Below, one piece after another: positions 18,265 through 28,275 of a stretch of DNA of 64,000 bases. Location of the stretch: IMG/VR virus record IMGVR_UViG_3300022555_000009; one strand, 5' to 3'. Position numbers and translations under genes: made by a program. The stretch's first letter is position 1. The number at the start of each line of letters is the position of its first letter. The notes beneath the pieces are model-generated. The model was not told the origin of the DNA. It did no database searches and saw only the letters and a program-made list of their open reading frames with translations. Source of the DNA: a virus.

Positions 18265-18490
18265 AATGATGGGTTTCGAATGCGTTGTGCGCGGCTTACG
18301 TATCGAGAGGCTGATGAAGAGAACATCGTGGCCAGATAATATATACATTACTTTCAAAGATAAAGAAGTTCGTCAGTATGCTATTCAGGAAGATGGGCAT
18401 GATATGCATCAGCAATATATGGCATCTGGAGAAGATATATTAGCTACAGACTGGGAGATTTCTCCACGTGATCCTAGTTACAGAGGTTAA
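18257..18490 (+). CDS. DUF2829 / Tad2-like small protein
   Basis: MGF....L.....MKRTSW ... YMASGEDILATDWEI matches the family pattern (F.EA...LK.G....R..W ... W..SQ.D.LA.DW). Confidence 0.7.
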   Translation: MSKMMGFECVVRGLRIERLMKRTSWPDNIYITFKDKEVRQYAIQEDGHDMHQQYMASGEDILATDWEISPRDPSYRG

Positions 18491-19267
18491 ATGAAAGACT
18501 TCATACAATGCAGAACATGCGCAAAAAAGCCTGGACCTAAAAATATGCCAGGCTTTTTTTACGTAGACTTAGAAAATGGACAGCAAGCCATAGCAGAGTG
18601 TTCTTGCCACAAGAGATTTGTCAAGGAAGAACTTAATAGAATCAAAGCAAGTAAGGCTGGGCTTTGGTACTCTGATTATACTCCGGCGAATGATTATGTG
18701 GGAACTAAAAGTTTACAGAATGTAGAACACTTAGAAGAGTATATCAGATTTTTTAAATCTCCTGCCTACTCTAGTTCCATCATATATATGCACGGCCCCA
18801 ATGGATCCCAAAAGACGACGTTAGCTCAGTGGGTCGGTTTGAGCCTTCTTCGTAAGGGATTTAAGGTCAAATATATTCTTATGCAGTATCTTGTATCGAA
18901 GTTAGCTAACGAGAACTTTGAGACTGATGAAGAGGCTATTAAAGAACTCGAGGATCTGAAGAATGTAGATTGTCTCATTATAGACGAGGCCTTAGATAAA
19001 AATAAGGTGACCCTGTATAAGTCAGGATACCAGTTGCCCTTCTTGGAGTCTTTCATTAGAGATAGAGTAGATTATAGGAAAAAAGGCATTGTATTCGTTA
19101 GCAACGTAGCGCCTAGTGATATTGAGAGCCAAGGATTCGGCAAATCTATACAAGACTTTATAGTTAGGAACACTGTTCCCAAAGAAACAGATCTTTTATT
19201 TAAAGATGTGTATCATCAGGTTAAGTCCTCTTTTGATGTTGATAAGTTGTTTAAGGGGAATAAATGA
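18491..19267 (+). CDS. DnaC/IstB-like AAA+ helicase loader
   Basis: N-terminal CxxC...CxC, HGPNGSQKT (atypical Walker A), LIIDE and VFVSN. It lies directly upstream of dnaB. Confidence 0.8.
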   Translation: MKDFIQCRTCAKKPGPKNMPGFFYVDLENGQQAIAECSCHKRFVKEELNRIKASKAGLWYSDYTPANDYVGTKSLQNVEHLEEYIRFFKSPAYSSSIIYMHGPNGSQKTTLAQWVGLSLLRKGFKVKYILMQYLVSKLANENFETDEEAIKELEDLKNVDCLIIDEALDKNKVTLYKSGYQLPFLESFIRDRVDYRKKGIVFVSNVAPSDIESQGFGKSIQDFIVRNTVPKETDLLFKDVYHQVKSSFDVDKLFKGNK

Positions 19268-20655
19268 AAAGATCTAATCAAGACTTCATAGTACCGGCAG
19301 AATTTCAAGTACTGAAAATCCTTATTGACAACGAAGTCGATTGCCAGATTCTAAATGAGGGAATGTTTCCTCATGAGGAAGCTAAAGCTCTCTTTCAGTC
19401 AGTAATGAAATTGAAAGACAAGGGCGAGTCTATAACTGAAGGATCTTTACTACGAGAAGCTAACTTCCTCAACGACGATATCGACTTGCCTATGATCAAG
19501 AGTCTGATGGATCATAAGGCCGACCTCTCTAATTGGTTTCCGGCTATAGAGACCTTGCGGAAAGCTAGTATTAAGTATCAGTTGAACTTAGCTTTCAATA
19601 AGTTAGCCGAGACGACTAGTTTACCGGACGACTTAGAGTCTACTGGTATAAGTAACTCTCTATACGAAGCTCAACAGGTTTTGTCTCGCGGTAGTAAAGC
19701 TACTGAGTCTAAGACTTTGGAAGAATGCTTAGACGATTATAAAGACGTTCTGGAAATGAGACGTTTAGGAAAGTACTATCCTTTCGGCGATCAGTTCCTT
19801 GATTCTCATTTGACGAAGAAGGCAGCGCCCGGGCAAGTCATCATGGTTGCTGGTTCGACAGGCACAGGTAAATCAGCGTACGCTTTAAATATTCTAAATG
19901 GTATGATTAACTTAGGTCAGCCATGTATGTACTTCTCCTTGGAAATGGATACGGAGTCGACCTTCGATAGACTATTAGCAATGAGAACTAGCGTGCCTGT
20001 TGAAGGCTGGTATACATCTGGCAATCAAATAAATCCTCTTCTGCGAAAGCTTGAAGAGGAGCGAAAGCTCTTAGAGAATAAGCCGTTCAGGTTTATCGAT
20101 GATCCCAATGTCGATCTCGGTACTATACAATCTCTCATTCGAGAATTCAAGATGGTATATAGGGTCGATTACATTTTTGTCGTTATTGACTTGGTGACTA
20201 TGGTGAAGGAATTCTCTATGATGACCGGACAAAAGTCTTTAGCGAATGCTATAGAATTCGCGGTTAATAGGCTGAATGCTATGGCCAAGACAGAGAACGT
20301 GTGTTTCATGTGTGTGGCTCAGATGAATAGAGAGGCGGATAAAGAAAAGATAACTGAAATTGAAGATATTGATAAATTGAAGCCTACGCTAAACCATATC
20401 AAGAATAGTAATGCTATGGCAGAGCGAGCGAGAACAGTGCTATCTATATTTAGGGGCAAGTATTACGCGGACAGATATTTTCCAGATGACGAGGCAGTAG
20501 AGTATATGGACGATATCATGGAAGTATCTATTTTGAAGCAAAGCCAAGGAAGAGTTGGCTCTATAGGTAAGTATTTGTTCGAAGGTGAGTGTTTTCAATT
20601 GAAGCCTTACATAGAAGCAGACCACATTGATACTAATTCTGTAGGCGAATACTGA
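19264..20655 (+). CDS. dnaB: Replicative DNA helicase
   Basis: AGSTGTGKS, YFSLEM, VVIDL, VAQMNRE and ILKQSQG. Confidence 0.9.
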   Translation: MKRSNQDFIVPAEFQVLKILIDNEVDCQILNEGMFPHEEAKALFQSVMKLKDKGESITEGSLLREANFLNDDIDLPMIKSLMDHKADLSNWFPAIETLRKASIKYQLNLAFNKLAETTSLPDDLESTGISNSLYEAQQVLSRGSKATESKTLEECLDDYKDVLEMRRLGKYYPFGDQFLDSHLTKKAAPGQVIMVAGSTGTGKSAYALNILNGMINLGQPCMYFSLEMDTESTFDRLLAMRTSVPVEGWYTSGNQINPLLRKLEEERKLLENKPFRFIDDPNVDLGTIQSLIREFKMVYRVDYIFVVIDLVTMVKEFSMMTGQKSLANAIEFAVNRLNAMAKTENVCFMCVAQMNREADKEKITEIEDIDKLKPTLNHIKNSNAMAERARTVLSIFRGKYYADRYFPDDEAVEYMDDIMEVSILKQSQGRVGSIGKYLFEGECFQLKPYIEADHIDTNSVGEY

Positions 20656-20724
20656 AAAAATCAGCAAAATAAGCGCCACCTAAGCGCTTCTTCGCCGTAT
20701 ATTATATACGTACGAGGTGACAAG

Positions 20725-21219
20725 ATGCGGTGGTGGTTGTGGAAAGGATTCCCTTTCAGACGGTTCGAGTGCTGGCCAGGTCAGTACGCCGCTACCGAAG
20801 AGCGCTGGCCTGGTGAGATTGGCCGGTTTCCGGAAAGTCCTGCGGAAAAACAGGCCAGAATGGAAAGTCACACCTATCGTTGCGACGATGGAACAATTTA
20901 CGTATACGGGGTGTACCAGGGTAGGTGGAAGCCAGCGGAAACCAAGAAAGAGGAGCCCAGGCCGTCATTTACCTATTCCTACAGCGAGAAACCTCGCCCC
21001 TCGGAATCTAAGATTCTAGCCCAGTACCGGGAGGATTACGCTAATCTCGGCCTATCTTACGGTGCGTCGTATAATCAGGCCCACGAGGCCTACAGGGCTC
21101 TCTTGAAGCGCTACCATCCCGATGTCAATCCTGGAAAGGGTTCTACGGAAATGACGCAAAAAATAAATACTTCCTGGAGGAATATAGAGAGGTACTTAAA
21201 AAGTTACCAAGCAGCCTGA
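20725..21219 (+). CDS. J-domain (DnaJ-like) protein
   Basis: YANLGL...AYRALLKRYHPDVN...KINTSW, with a GAGGTGA RBS. Confidence 0.85.
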   Translation: MRWWLWKGFPFRRFECWPGQYAATEERWPGEIGRFPESPAEKQARMESHTYRCDDGTIYVYGVYQGRWKPAETKKEEPRPSFTYSYSEKPRPSESKILAQYREDYANLGLSYGASYNQAHEAYRALLKRYHPDVNPGKGSTEMTQKINTSWRNIERYLKSYQAA

Positions 21220-21239
21220 TCTGAATCTCAAATAACCCA

Positions 21240-21270
21240 ATAGCCGGTTTGATCGACCGGCTATTATTTT
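21240..21270 (+). terminator. Hairpin terminator
   Basis: ATAGCCGGT...ACCGGCTAT followed by a T-rich tail. Confidence 0.8.
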
Positions 21271-21290
21271 TATGTTCGAAGGAGAATTTT

Positions 21291-21809
21291 ATGTTGAAAA
21301 AAGTAGCAATTTTAAGTTATGTTTTTTTTGTTCTAGTCGCTAATGTTTATGCTGTGCCGCCCGGGTTTGATCCTCATCTTTTAGGATACATAGATTCTGT
21401 GTGTGCTAAGAATAAAATTCCCCCTGTTGTAGTCTATGCGATTATAGAGGTGGAATCCAAGTGGAATGCACGAGCATGTGGGCGAGGGACTGATTTCGGG
21501 TTGATGCAGTTGAATGTAAACTACATACCCGAGTTCATAGATAAATATGGAAACGCTGGTTACAAGTATAGCCCGAAAAGTGATCCGTATGATAATGTTG
21601 TGATAGGTATCCGCCATTTAAGACGTCTGTTAGATTTATTTCAGGGAGATTACTTTAAAGCCATCATCGCTTATAACTGTGGATACTCAAGAGTCATAGA
21701 AAGTAAAATCCCCTTATCTTCTATCGATTATCTCGAGAAAGTGCTGATGAACGTTTCTTTTACTGAGACTGAAATAAGAAATAAGAGCTCTTGGAGGAAA
21801 TTCTACTAA
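21291..21809 (+). CDS. Lytic transglycosylase (SLT) with N-terminal signal or anchor
   Basis: AIIEVES, GLMQL and AYNCG, plus a hydrophobic N-terminus. Confidence 0.9.
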   Translation: MLKKVAILSYVFFVLVANVYAVPPGFDPHLLGYIDSVCAKNKIPPVVVYAIIEVESKWNARACGRGTDFGLMQLNVNYIPEFIDKYGNAGYKYSPKSDPYDNVVIGIRHLRRLLDLFQGDYFKAIIAYNCGYSRVIESKIPLSSIDYLEKVLMNVSFTETEIRNKSSWRKFY

Positions 21810-21811
21810 TT
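21805..21811 (+). promoter_or_regulatory. ACTAATT promoter overlapping the slt stop codon
   Basis: Motif upstream of the sigma-like gene. Confidence 0.6.
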
Positions 21812-21832
21812 AAGGATATTGAAGGATATCCT

Positions 21833-22579
21833 ATGGCCGTAACAGCTTTTGATAGATATGTTTCTGGTAGAGACCTACAAGACGCTTTAAAATATGCCCA
21901 GGTAACTCCTTTCGAGAAAGTCCTCGCGGATGCTCGAAATGGGGATATCCGGGCTATTAATTTTATATTTTACTCGAGCCGAAAACAAATAGCGGCAGCT
22001 TTCTGGAAGTATTTTATGGGCGGAAAGAAAGCTCCCCCTAAAAAGGCGATGCAGAGAATTAAAGCAGGACATGCTGACGTATTTGCGGCTGAGGTATACG
22101 GCATGCTAGCAGATCCGGAAGATTCTGCTAACCCCTTAAAAACATATGATAATTCTAAGTTCAAGAACGAGCCTGAGTACGAACAATTAAATAAACTCGG
22201 GTATTATATTTATAGATATTGTCAGAATCTTGCTTTCAAAATGCTACGAGAAAATCCTGAAGAATACAGTTATGGTAATCCTAATGAAAAAGCTCTTCCT
22301 CAGGAACAGGTAGCCTCTTCCTTTGATCAGCACATAGAGAATGGTAATGACTTAGCTGATGCTAACGCAGACTTTGCTCAGGATGTTGAGATAAGTGATA
22401 CAGAGCAAAGATTCCTTCTTCTTCTGCAAACCAAATATCCTAAGCTATACCCCGTTATTAAAATGAGAACAGAGGGGAAGAACACTCAGGATATTGCTGT
22501 TGTCCTTGGTAAGTCTGACTGGGTTATAAATAAGTACACTGCTTTAGCTAAAGAAGTATTCAAGGAATGGATGCAGTGA
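21833..22579 (+). CDS. Sigma70-family (ECF-like) phage sigma factor candidate
   Basis: ARNGDIRAINFIF...AFWKYF resembles the region 1.2/2 entry. VIKMRTEGKNTQDIAVVLGKS resembles the region 4 HTH. Confidence 0.65.
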   Translation: MAVTAFDRYVSGRDLQDALKYAQVTPFEKVLADARNGDIRAINFIFYSSRKQIAAAFWKYFMGGKKAPPKKAMQRIKAGHADVFAAEVYGMLADPEDSANPLKTYDNSKFKNEPEYEQLNKLGYYIYRYCQNLAFKMLRENPEEYSYGNPNEKALPQEQVASSFDQHIENGNDLADANADFAQDVEISDTEQRFLLLLQTKYPKLYPVIKMRTEGKNTQDIAVVLGKSDWVINKYTALAKEVFKEWMQ

Positions 22580-23109
22580 GAACATTCCAGGCCCGCCTAA
22601 CTAGTCGCTTAAACTCTCTTCATAGGAAATTAGCGGATAACGCTATCTCTTGGATGGGAGTGTCTACTGATTGTATTCGCATTACTTTGAAGAAAGATAA
22701 TGTGGGTGATATAGTAAGTAGGACAGTAGATGGCTTGGATGTAGTCGAGGTCATATTCCCCAATATCATTGACGTACCTATGTGGCGGTTTATATCCTCT
22801 GATGGAACAGTGGAGAAGCGCGCGACTGTTATTAATGATCCAGAGTCTCCTTTAGAACCTTTTGAATGTTACGCCCCCGCTACCTCTAAAATAGACCAAG
22901 ATGATCTCCTCATTAAATTCTTTGATAATCCCGCTAATGAAAACCCCTTGGTGATTGTTCTACAGGTCAAGGATGTTTTGGGGTCTTTTGGTCAGCGATC
23001 TATTTTATTTATGAAATTAAAAGCCACATACTACGATGGTAATTTACCTGAATTCATAGTTAATAGTGTATTAGATATGGCGACTAGAAGGGCTACCTTA
23101 AAGTGGTAG
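22567..23109 (+). CDS. Hypothetical virion protein (head-closure/neck candidate)
   Basis: 180 aa beta-rich ORF co-transcribed behind an ACTAATT motif. Confidence 0.45.
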   Translation: MDAVRTFQARLTSRLNSLHRKLADNAISWMGVSTDCIRITLKKDNVGDIVSRTVDGLDVVEVIFPNIIDVPMWRFISSDGTVEKRATVINDPESPLEPFECYAPATSKIDQDDLLIKFFDNPANENPLVIVLQVKDVLGSFGQRSILFMKLKATYYDGNLPEFIVNSVLDMATRRATLKW

Positions 23110-23120
23110 CCTGTGCTCGA

Positions 23121-23127
23121 ACTAATT
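23121..23127 (+). promoter_or_regulatory. ACTAATT putative late promoter
   Basis: Intergenic motif upstream of 23149. Confidence 0.65.
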
Positions 23128-23148
23128 GTATATTAGAAGGAATATGTT

Positions 23149-25689
23149 ATGCCAGAAAAATTTAAGAAGATGGTACGGGGTATAGAGAAGTCAGGTAAGC
23201 CTGAGGATCAAGCTTATGCCATCGCAACGAGTGCCTGGGAGAAGTCTCATGGCGGCAAGACTCCAAAAGAATCTGTCAATGAATCTTATGATGTTCTTTC
23301 TACCAAAGTAGGCGATCGTTGGGAAGAGACTAAGGCCTCTCTTCTTGCCCTAGGCATGGCAGAAAGTGATCCTAAGTTTTACTCCACTTTGCTAAAGGAA
23401 GTGAAGAAGTCTTTGAAGGAAGATACCTTTAATTCTGACTTCGATCCGGACGCTTGTCAGCGCGAAGATGATCCTAAAACAGTGTCTGGAGAGGATATGA
23501 CTCCGGGCGAGAGGACTTTCAACAATCCTGAAACATACACACAGTATGATCCTGATGATGAGAATACTTTAGATCCCGATTATATTCATAACGATACTGG
23601 CGACACAACTCCCGAAGGCGCTGGCGATCCCAAGGTTAAAGAATCCGTGATTCGCGAAGCCGCAGATTCCCAAGAATGGGAGTGGAGAGGTCGCTCGACA
23701 GTGCGGACTGCCGTGGCTTGGGCTGAGCTCGATGCCGCTAGAATTTTTCAATTTAGATTTGCCTTATCTCGATCAAAAGAATCTCATTGGTGGAAAGCCT
23801 GGGATCCTCTTGCTGCAAAGGGCGTAAATTCTATAGTATCTTTAAGTATAAAGAAAGTCGGTTCAGATTTGGTTAAGTCCGATAATCCTAAGCCTTACAT
23901 AGTAGATACTGTAGGCGAAGAAGATATTCCGGACTTGCTACCTGTGGCTAAAAAGATAGTCGCGGATTACTTGAAAGTATTTAATGCAAAAAAGTTATTT
24001 CAATACCTCTGCCTACGAGCTAACGGCACTGATAAGACCCGCATTAAGTTTTATGGCTTGCTGAGTGGCGAACTCAGTAGTTTAGGGCTAAAGAGAGACC
24101 TAGAGTCCGAGCAGAAATGCGAGAATCATATTAGAATTTATCAGCAGGCGGTTATGTTCCTTCTAGAAAATTCTAGTGGACCTAAGGAAAAACCCGTCAC
24201 AGAACGCGTTGGAGACTCCTTGACAGGCAGAAATACTCCTTCTATTATAAATACGCATCCTGGAATAACAGGGCAGAACTTAGCTAAGGCTCCTGCGGAG
24301 AATCCCGACTTTACTCACGAAAGACCTTCGGCTCAAGTGTACTCGCAAGAGATAGTGATGGTTAGGGAAGACGAGATGAATGTTGCTACTCCCAAGCAAC
24401 AGAAAGATACTGGCAGATTCCGGGCTAAAGCTCAGGCCTTGGCTGACACGAAGGCTACTGGCAGGAACTTTAAGAAAATTATACAGGATAAAGAAGGACT
24501 TTTAGGAGGCCTAGGTAAAGTAGCCAATATGGTACACCCCACCTCAGGTCAAACAGAATCTACATTATCTTTTGCCGCGGTTGTACAAGAGATGATGGAT
24601 AATGGTTATGCTTTCAACGAGGCCGTTGCTTATACGTCTAAGCAGTATAAAATCCCTATGTCAGAAATTCTAGAAGACTGTGATGCAGTTGGTATGATTG
24701 ATGAGGAAGTAACCTCTTCTTCCTTCGGGGGCCCAGGCGGCGGATTTTTGCCAGCAGACGCTAAGCACGATTGGAAGAAAGATTGGGCGGAGCATAAGGG
24801 CGGATCGAAGCAGATGGAGTCCACTGAGCTAGCAAATTGTCCTAACTGCAACATGGATACTGGAGTACAGGATTCCACGTATGGCGATTATACTTGCATT
24901 AATTGTGACCATTCCTGGGGTCCTATCGGTACAAGTGACTCCAGGTCCGCTGGATTGTTATCTGACATAGACTGTGATGACAGCTCCAAGAATGCGATGG
25001 ATGCTGCTGAGTCTTTTGAAAGACAAAAGGAAGGCATTGTTGGCCGTGAATTTAACTACCAGAGACCCACGGACGATAACGACGACATTGATTGGCCACA
25101 AGATGTGCGCGAGCCAATGTATAATATGGATCCCGAATTAGATACTGACTGGGATGAAGATATCGACCCCGAGGAACGACAAGAAGAACGCCCAGAAGTA
25201 GTTAGAGCTTTATGGAAAAACTTGGCAGATAATCTTACTACTCTGGGAGTAACTCAGGAGAGCCTTAACGGGCTTTCTATGACTATCCTAGCGAGAGCTT
25301 TGGATCTTTGTTATGGTGGAAGATACTGGGAAGCAGCTGATATTCTTGAGGCTTCCATAAGGTCTGATGAACCAAAGTTGGGTCGAGAAGATATGCCGAT
25401 GCCTGGTTACCGAGAATCCTATGATGATACTATGAAGGAATTGAAATCAGGACTTCTTTCATTTGAGAATCACCTGAAGAGATTAAAAGCACGAAGAGCA
25501 GATCCTCAGGAGATAAGAGAACGGGAGAAAGAGATAGAATATTTAAAGCAGGATATTAAAGATCAGGAAAAAGCCGGATCAGATTTAAACGAAGAGGTCG
25601 ACGGCGCAGCTATGGAAACTGGCGGTAGCGGTGATGGTGGTCAAGACGGATACGACGTAGATGGAGAATCCTCAGGAGGGATTGTATAA
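23149..25689 (+). CDS. Large acidic modular protein, probable internal head protein
   Basis: ChaB-like N-terminus (QAYAIATSAW), CPNC..CINC zinc ribbon, acidic linkers and many (I/L/V)xE or xxES motifs. Confidence 0.55.
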   Translation: MPEKFKKMVRGIEKSGKPEDQAYAIATSAWEKSHGGKTPKESVNESYDVLSTKVGDRWEETKASLLALGMAESDPKFYSTLLKEVKKSLKEDTFNSDFDPDACQREDDPKTVSGEDMTPGERTFNNPETYTQYDPDDENTLDPDYIHNDTGDTTPEGAGDPKVKESVIREAADSQEWEWRGRSTVRTAVAWAELDAARIFQFRFALSRSKESHWWKAWDPLAAKGVNSIVSLSIKKVGSDLVKSDNPKPYIVDTVGEEDIPDLLPVAKKIVADYLKVFNAKKLFQYLCLRANGTDKTRIKFYGLLSGELSSLGLKRDLESEQKCENHIRIYQQAVMFLLENSSGPKEKPVTERVGDSLTGRNTPSIINTHPGITGQNLAKAPAENPDFTHERPSAQVYSQEIVMVREDEMNVATPKQQKDTGRFRAKAQALADTKATGRNFKKIIQDKEGLLGGLGKVANMVHPTSGQTESTLSFAAVVQEMMDNGYAFNEAVAYTSKQYKIPMSEILEDCDAVGMIDEEVTSSSFGGPGGGFLPADAKHDWKKDWAEHKGGSKQMESTELANCPNCNMDTGVQDSTYGDYTCINCDHSWGPIGTSDSRSAGLLSDIDCDDSSKNAMDAAESFERQKEGIVGREFNYQRPTDDNDDIDWPQDVREPMYNMDPELDTDWDEDIDPEERQEERPEVVRALWKNLADNLTTLGVTQESLNGLSMTILARALDLCYGGRYWEAADILEASIRSDEPKLGREDMPMPGYRESYDDTMKELKSGLLSFENHLKRLKARRADPQEIREREKEIEYLKQDIKDQEKAGSDLNEEVDGAAMETGGSGDGGQDGYDVDGESSGGIV

Positions 25690-26150
25690 TGAGAGAAGCA
25701 AGAGAGACTTCTATAGACTCTGAAGAATATCAGTCAGAGAATGGCTATATCGACTCTATTTATGGTGCTATTGATGATGCCATTAGTGCCGGTGCACAAG
25801 ACTCAGAGATCGTAGATATGCTCATAGATAGCTTTGATCTCGATGCACAGACAGCTCGTGAGATGGTTGCTCCCACCGTAGAAGAAGATTCTGATGGGAC
25901 CGCTGACAACTTTGTACAAGGCCGCCGAAATCACCATGGCGAGAGCGTTATTAAACTGACATCTGAGGATGTCCTATACGCTATTCTTGAGGACAAAATT
26001 TCCTTAGCAGAGGCTCGCTTAGCTATGGAAGAAGCCGTCGCTGTTCCCGCTGAGAAAGAAGAGGAAGAGAAGCCAGCACCAAAGCCGCCTTTCGCTGATT
26101 TCCCTAAGAAAATCGCTAAGAAGGTTAATAAAGAGAACCCAAAGAAATGA
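25689..26150 (+). CDS. Acidic hypothetical protein, probable internal head protein
   Basis: TAATG overlap, very acidic composition and ILE/LAE motifs. Confidence 0.55.
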   Translation: MREARETSIDSEEYQSENGYIDSIYGAIDDAISAGAQDSEIVDMLIDSFDLDAQTAREMVAPTVEEDSDGTADNFVQGRRNHHGESVIKLTSEDVLYAILEDKISLAEARLAMEEAVAVPAEKEEEEKPAPKPPFADFPKKIAKKVNKENPKK

Positions 26151-26719
26151 ACATCATCGAGGATTTTATAACTATCAACCCTTATAGCAGGGGAGGCAGT
26201 AAGCTAATCAAAGTGCAGGCTATTGTTTTACATTGGACAGCTAACCCAGGCCTCTCTGCTAAAGGTAATAGAAACTTCTATGAAGGCCGAAAGCTAGGAA
26301 ATGACGGCTATGGCTCTGCAACATATATCATAGGATATGATGGAGAGATTGAACAGTGTATGCCCGAGAATGAGAGAGCATATCATTGTGGTACTTCACA
26401 AATCGACCCCGCTTCAGGTAAGTACTACACAGATTGGGCTCGCGAAAAGTTCGGCTCGTACGCTATTGATCATGTCAATAGCTCTCCTAATAGTGTGACT
26501 ATTGGAATTGAAATGTGTCCTGTGGATCTTGATGGAACTTATAATGATGCTACCTGGCAAGCGGGCCTTGACTTGACTGCTTACCTGTTGAAGAAGTACG
26601 AACTAACCATAGATGATGTATGTACACATGAACAGATCGTAGGATGGAAACCATGTCCTATGCTATTCCATAAAAACCCCGAGAAGCTTGATGAATTTAA
26701 ACAAGCAATAAGCTTATAG
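26147..26719 (+). CDS. N-acetylmuramoyl-L-alanine amidase (Amidase_2), endolysin
   Basis: IVLHWTA, AYHCG, TIGIEMC and THEQI...KPCP. Confidence 0.92.
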   Translation: MNIIEDFITINPYSRGGSKLIKVQAIVLHWTANPGLSAKGNRNFYEGRKLGNDGYGSATYIIGYDGEIEQCMPENERAYHCGTSQIDPASGKYYTDWAREKFGSYAIDHVNSSPNSVTIGIEMCPVDLDGTYNDATWQAGLDLTAYLLKKYELTIDDVCTHEQIVGWKPCPMLFHKNPEKLDEFKQAISL

Positions 26720-26722
26720 AAT

Positions 26723-26760
26723 AAAAAACCGCATCTAAAGATGTGGTTTTTTATTTTTTT
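26723..26760 (+). terminator. Rho-independent terminator
   Basis: AAAAAACCGCATC-TAAA-GATGTGGTTTTTT plus a T-run. Confidence 0.85.
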
Positions 26761-26807
26761 CATCGCAAGAAAACCTCGAAATCTTTAGTTTCGAGGATGA
26801 ATTGCGA

Positions 26808-26980
26808 TCATCCCTGAGATTCAATATACTTTCTAATGGTTTCATCAGAAGCCTCTCCTATTGAACACGCAAAGAATCCATCTGACCAAAAGGTTCTCTC
26901 ATTCCAGAACTGCTTTTTCAAATAACCTTCATGGTCTTCCCAAAGTCGAGGTGAACTTTTAGAGAAGTCTTATGGCTCAT
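26808..26980 (-). pseudogene. tnpA: Internally deleted Y1 transposase
   Basis: MSHKTSLKVHL is joined out of frame to LWEDHEGYLKKQFWNERTFWSDGFFACSIGEASDETIRKYIESQG*. The HUH motif region is missing. Confidence 0.85.
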
Positions 26981-27001
26981 ACAACACCTATAACCTTTCT
27001 A

Positions 27002-27018
27002 AATTAGTGCTACTAATT
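27002..27018. promoter_or_regulatory. Back-to-back ACTAATT motifs between tnpA and tnpB
   Basis: Sequence is AATTAGT-GCT-ACTAATT. Confidence 0.55.
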
Positions 27019-27022
27019 AAAT

Positions 27023-28270
27023 ATGAGCGGAACGATACATAGAGCATTGAAAATAAGACTCTATCCCAATAGAATACAAGAGACTCAAATACTGAAGACG
27101 CTCGGTTCTTGTCGTTTCCTCTATAATCAAATGCTCGCTGAGAGGATCAAAACCTATGATGAATGGAAAGCCTCTGGCGAAGATGTAAGAAAACTCTATG
27201 AATATCAATATAAGACAGAAAAGCAATATAAGCAAGAATTTGAATGGCTTTCTGAACCCGATTCAATCAGCCTCCAACAATCTCGAATCGATCTCTCAAT
27301 GGCTTATCAGAACTTCTTCAAATCTCAATCGGGTAAAAGAAAAGGAAAATCAGGATTTCCAAAGTTCCATAAACGAGGTCAAAAAGACTCATATCGAACT
27401 CTCAATCTTGGAACCAACATAGCAATCAACTACGACACTCGAAAAGTGAGACTACCTAAACTTGGTTGGATTACTTTTCGTGACCTTCGCTGTAATACAC
27501 AAGGAGCAATCAAACAAGCTACTGTAAGTCGTAGCAAAACAGGAAAATACTTTGTATCTATTCTATTTGAGCAAGAACTCGAATTAGAAGGAGTTGAAAT
27601 CAATCAGGATCTGAAAACCAAGGGTCTTGATATGAGCTTAGCGAACTTCTATGTAGATGATGAAGGAAATTCTCCTGCATACGAACGTATCTACCGCAAA
27701 AATGAACCACGGTTGAAGTGGTTGCAAAAACAAGTCAGTAAGAAGCAGAAAGGTTCAAACAACCGAAAGAAAGCTCAATTAAGGGTGAACCAAGTATTTG
27801 AGAGAATTACGAATTCCAGGAAGGATTTCTCTCAGAAACTATCTACAAAACTCATTCAAGAAAATGATGTAATTGTAGTTGAAACTCTTAATTTAAGAGC
27901 AATGGCTCAGTGTTTGAAACTTGGCAAATCGATCAACGACCTTGGTTATGGTGAATTCCTAAGACAGCTTCAATACAAGAGCCTTTGGAATAATAAGACC
28001 TTGATTGAAGCCGATAAATGGTTTGCCTCTTCTAAAACCTGTTCAAGATGCGGATACGTTCACAAACAACTACAGCTGGATGATCGAATTTTCAATTGTC
28101 CGAGCTGTGGCTTCGAGATTGATCGAGACCAGAATGCAGGAATCAATCTCAAAAATTATGGTCTAAAAGAATTAGGGCTGGGACAGCCCGAAATTAAGTC
28201 TGTGGAGACATCGATGCACAAGGTCGAGTCTGTGAAGCAGGAAGCCCTGAAATCTTTAGTTTCAGGGTAG
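27023..28270 (+). CDS. tnpB: RNA-guided endonuclease TnpB
   Basis: ALKIRLYPN, GSCRFLYN, RuvC GLD / VVETL / DRDQNA and zinc finger CSRC..CPSC. Confidence 0.97.
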   Translation: MSGTIHRALKIRLYPNRIQETQILKTLGSCRFLYNQMLAERIKTYDEWKASGEDVRKLYEYQYKTEKQYKQEFEWLSEPDSISLQQSRIDLSMAYQNFFKSQSGKRKGKSGFPKFHKRGQKDSYRTLNLGTNIAINYDTRKVRLPKLGWITFRDLRCNTQGAIKQATVSRSKTGKYFVSILFEQELELEGVEINQDLKTKGLDMSLANFYVDDEGNSPAYERIYRKNEPRLKWLQKQVSKKQKGSNNRKKAQLRVNQVFERITNSRKDFSQKLSTKLIQENDVIVVETLNLRAMAQCLKLGKSINDLGYGEFLRQLQYKSLWNNKTLIEADKWFASSKTCSRCGYVHKQLQLDDRIFNCPSCGFEIDRDQNAGINLKNYGLKELGLGQPEIKSVETSMHKVESVKQEALKSLVSG

Positions 28271-28275
28271 TTCAC

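Larger units (their letters stand above)
26764..28275 (+). mobile_element. IS200/IS605-family element, non-autonomous
   Basis: Matching subterminal hairpins CCTCGAAATCTTTAGTTTCGAGG (26774-96) and CCCTGAAATCTTTAGTTTCAGGG (28245-67). The right end is ...GTTCAC. It holds a divergent tnpA remnant and tnpB. The left boundary is approximate. Confidence 0.9.

Noticed and set aside
20717-21019. Alternative-frame 100-aa ORF overlapping the J-domain gene
   Set aside because: Its start lies within the RBS of the J-domain gene and it has no recognisable motif.
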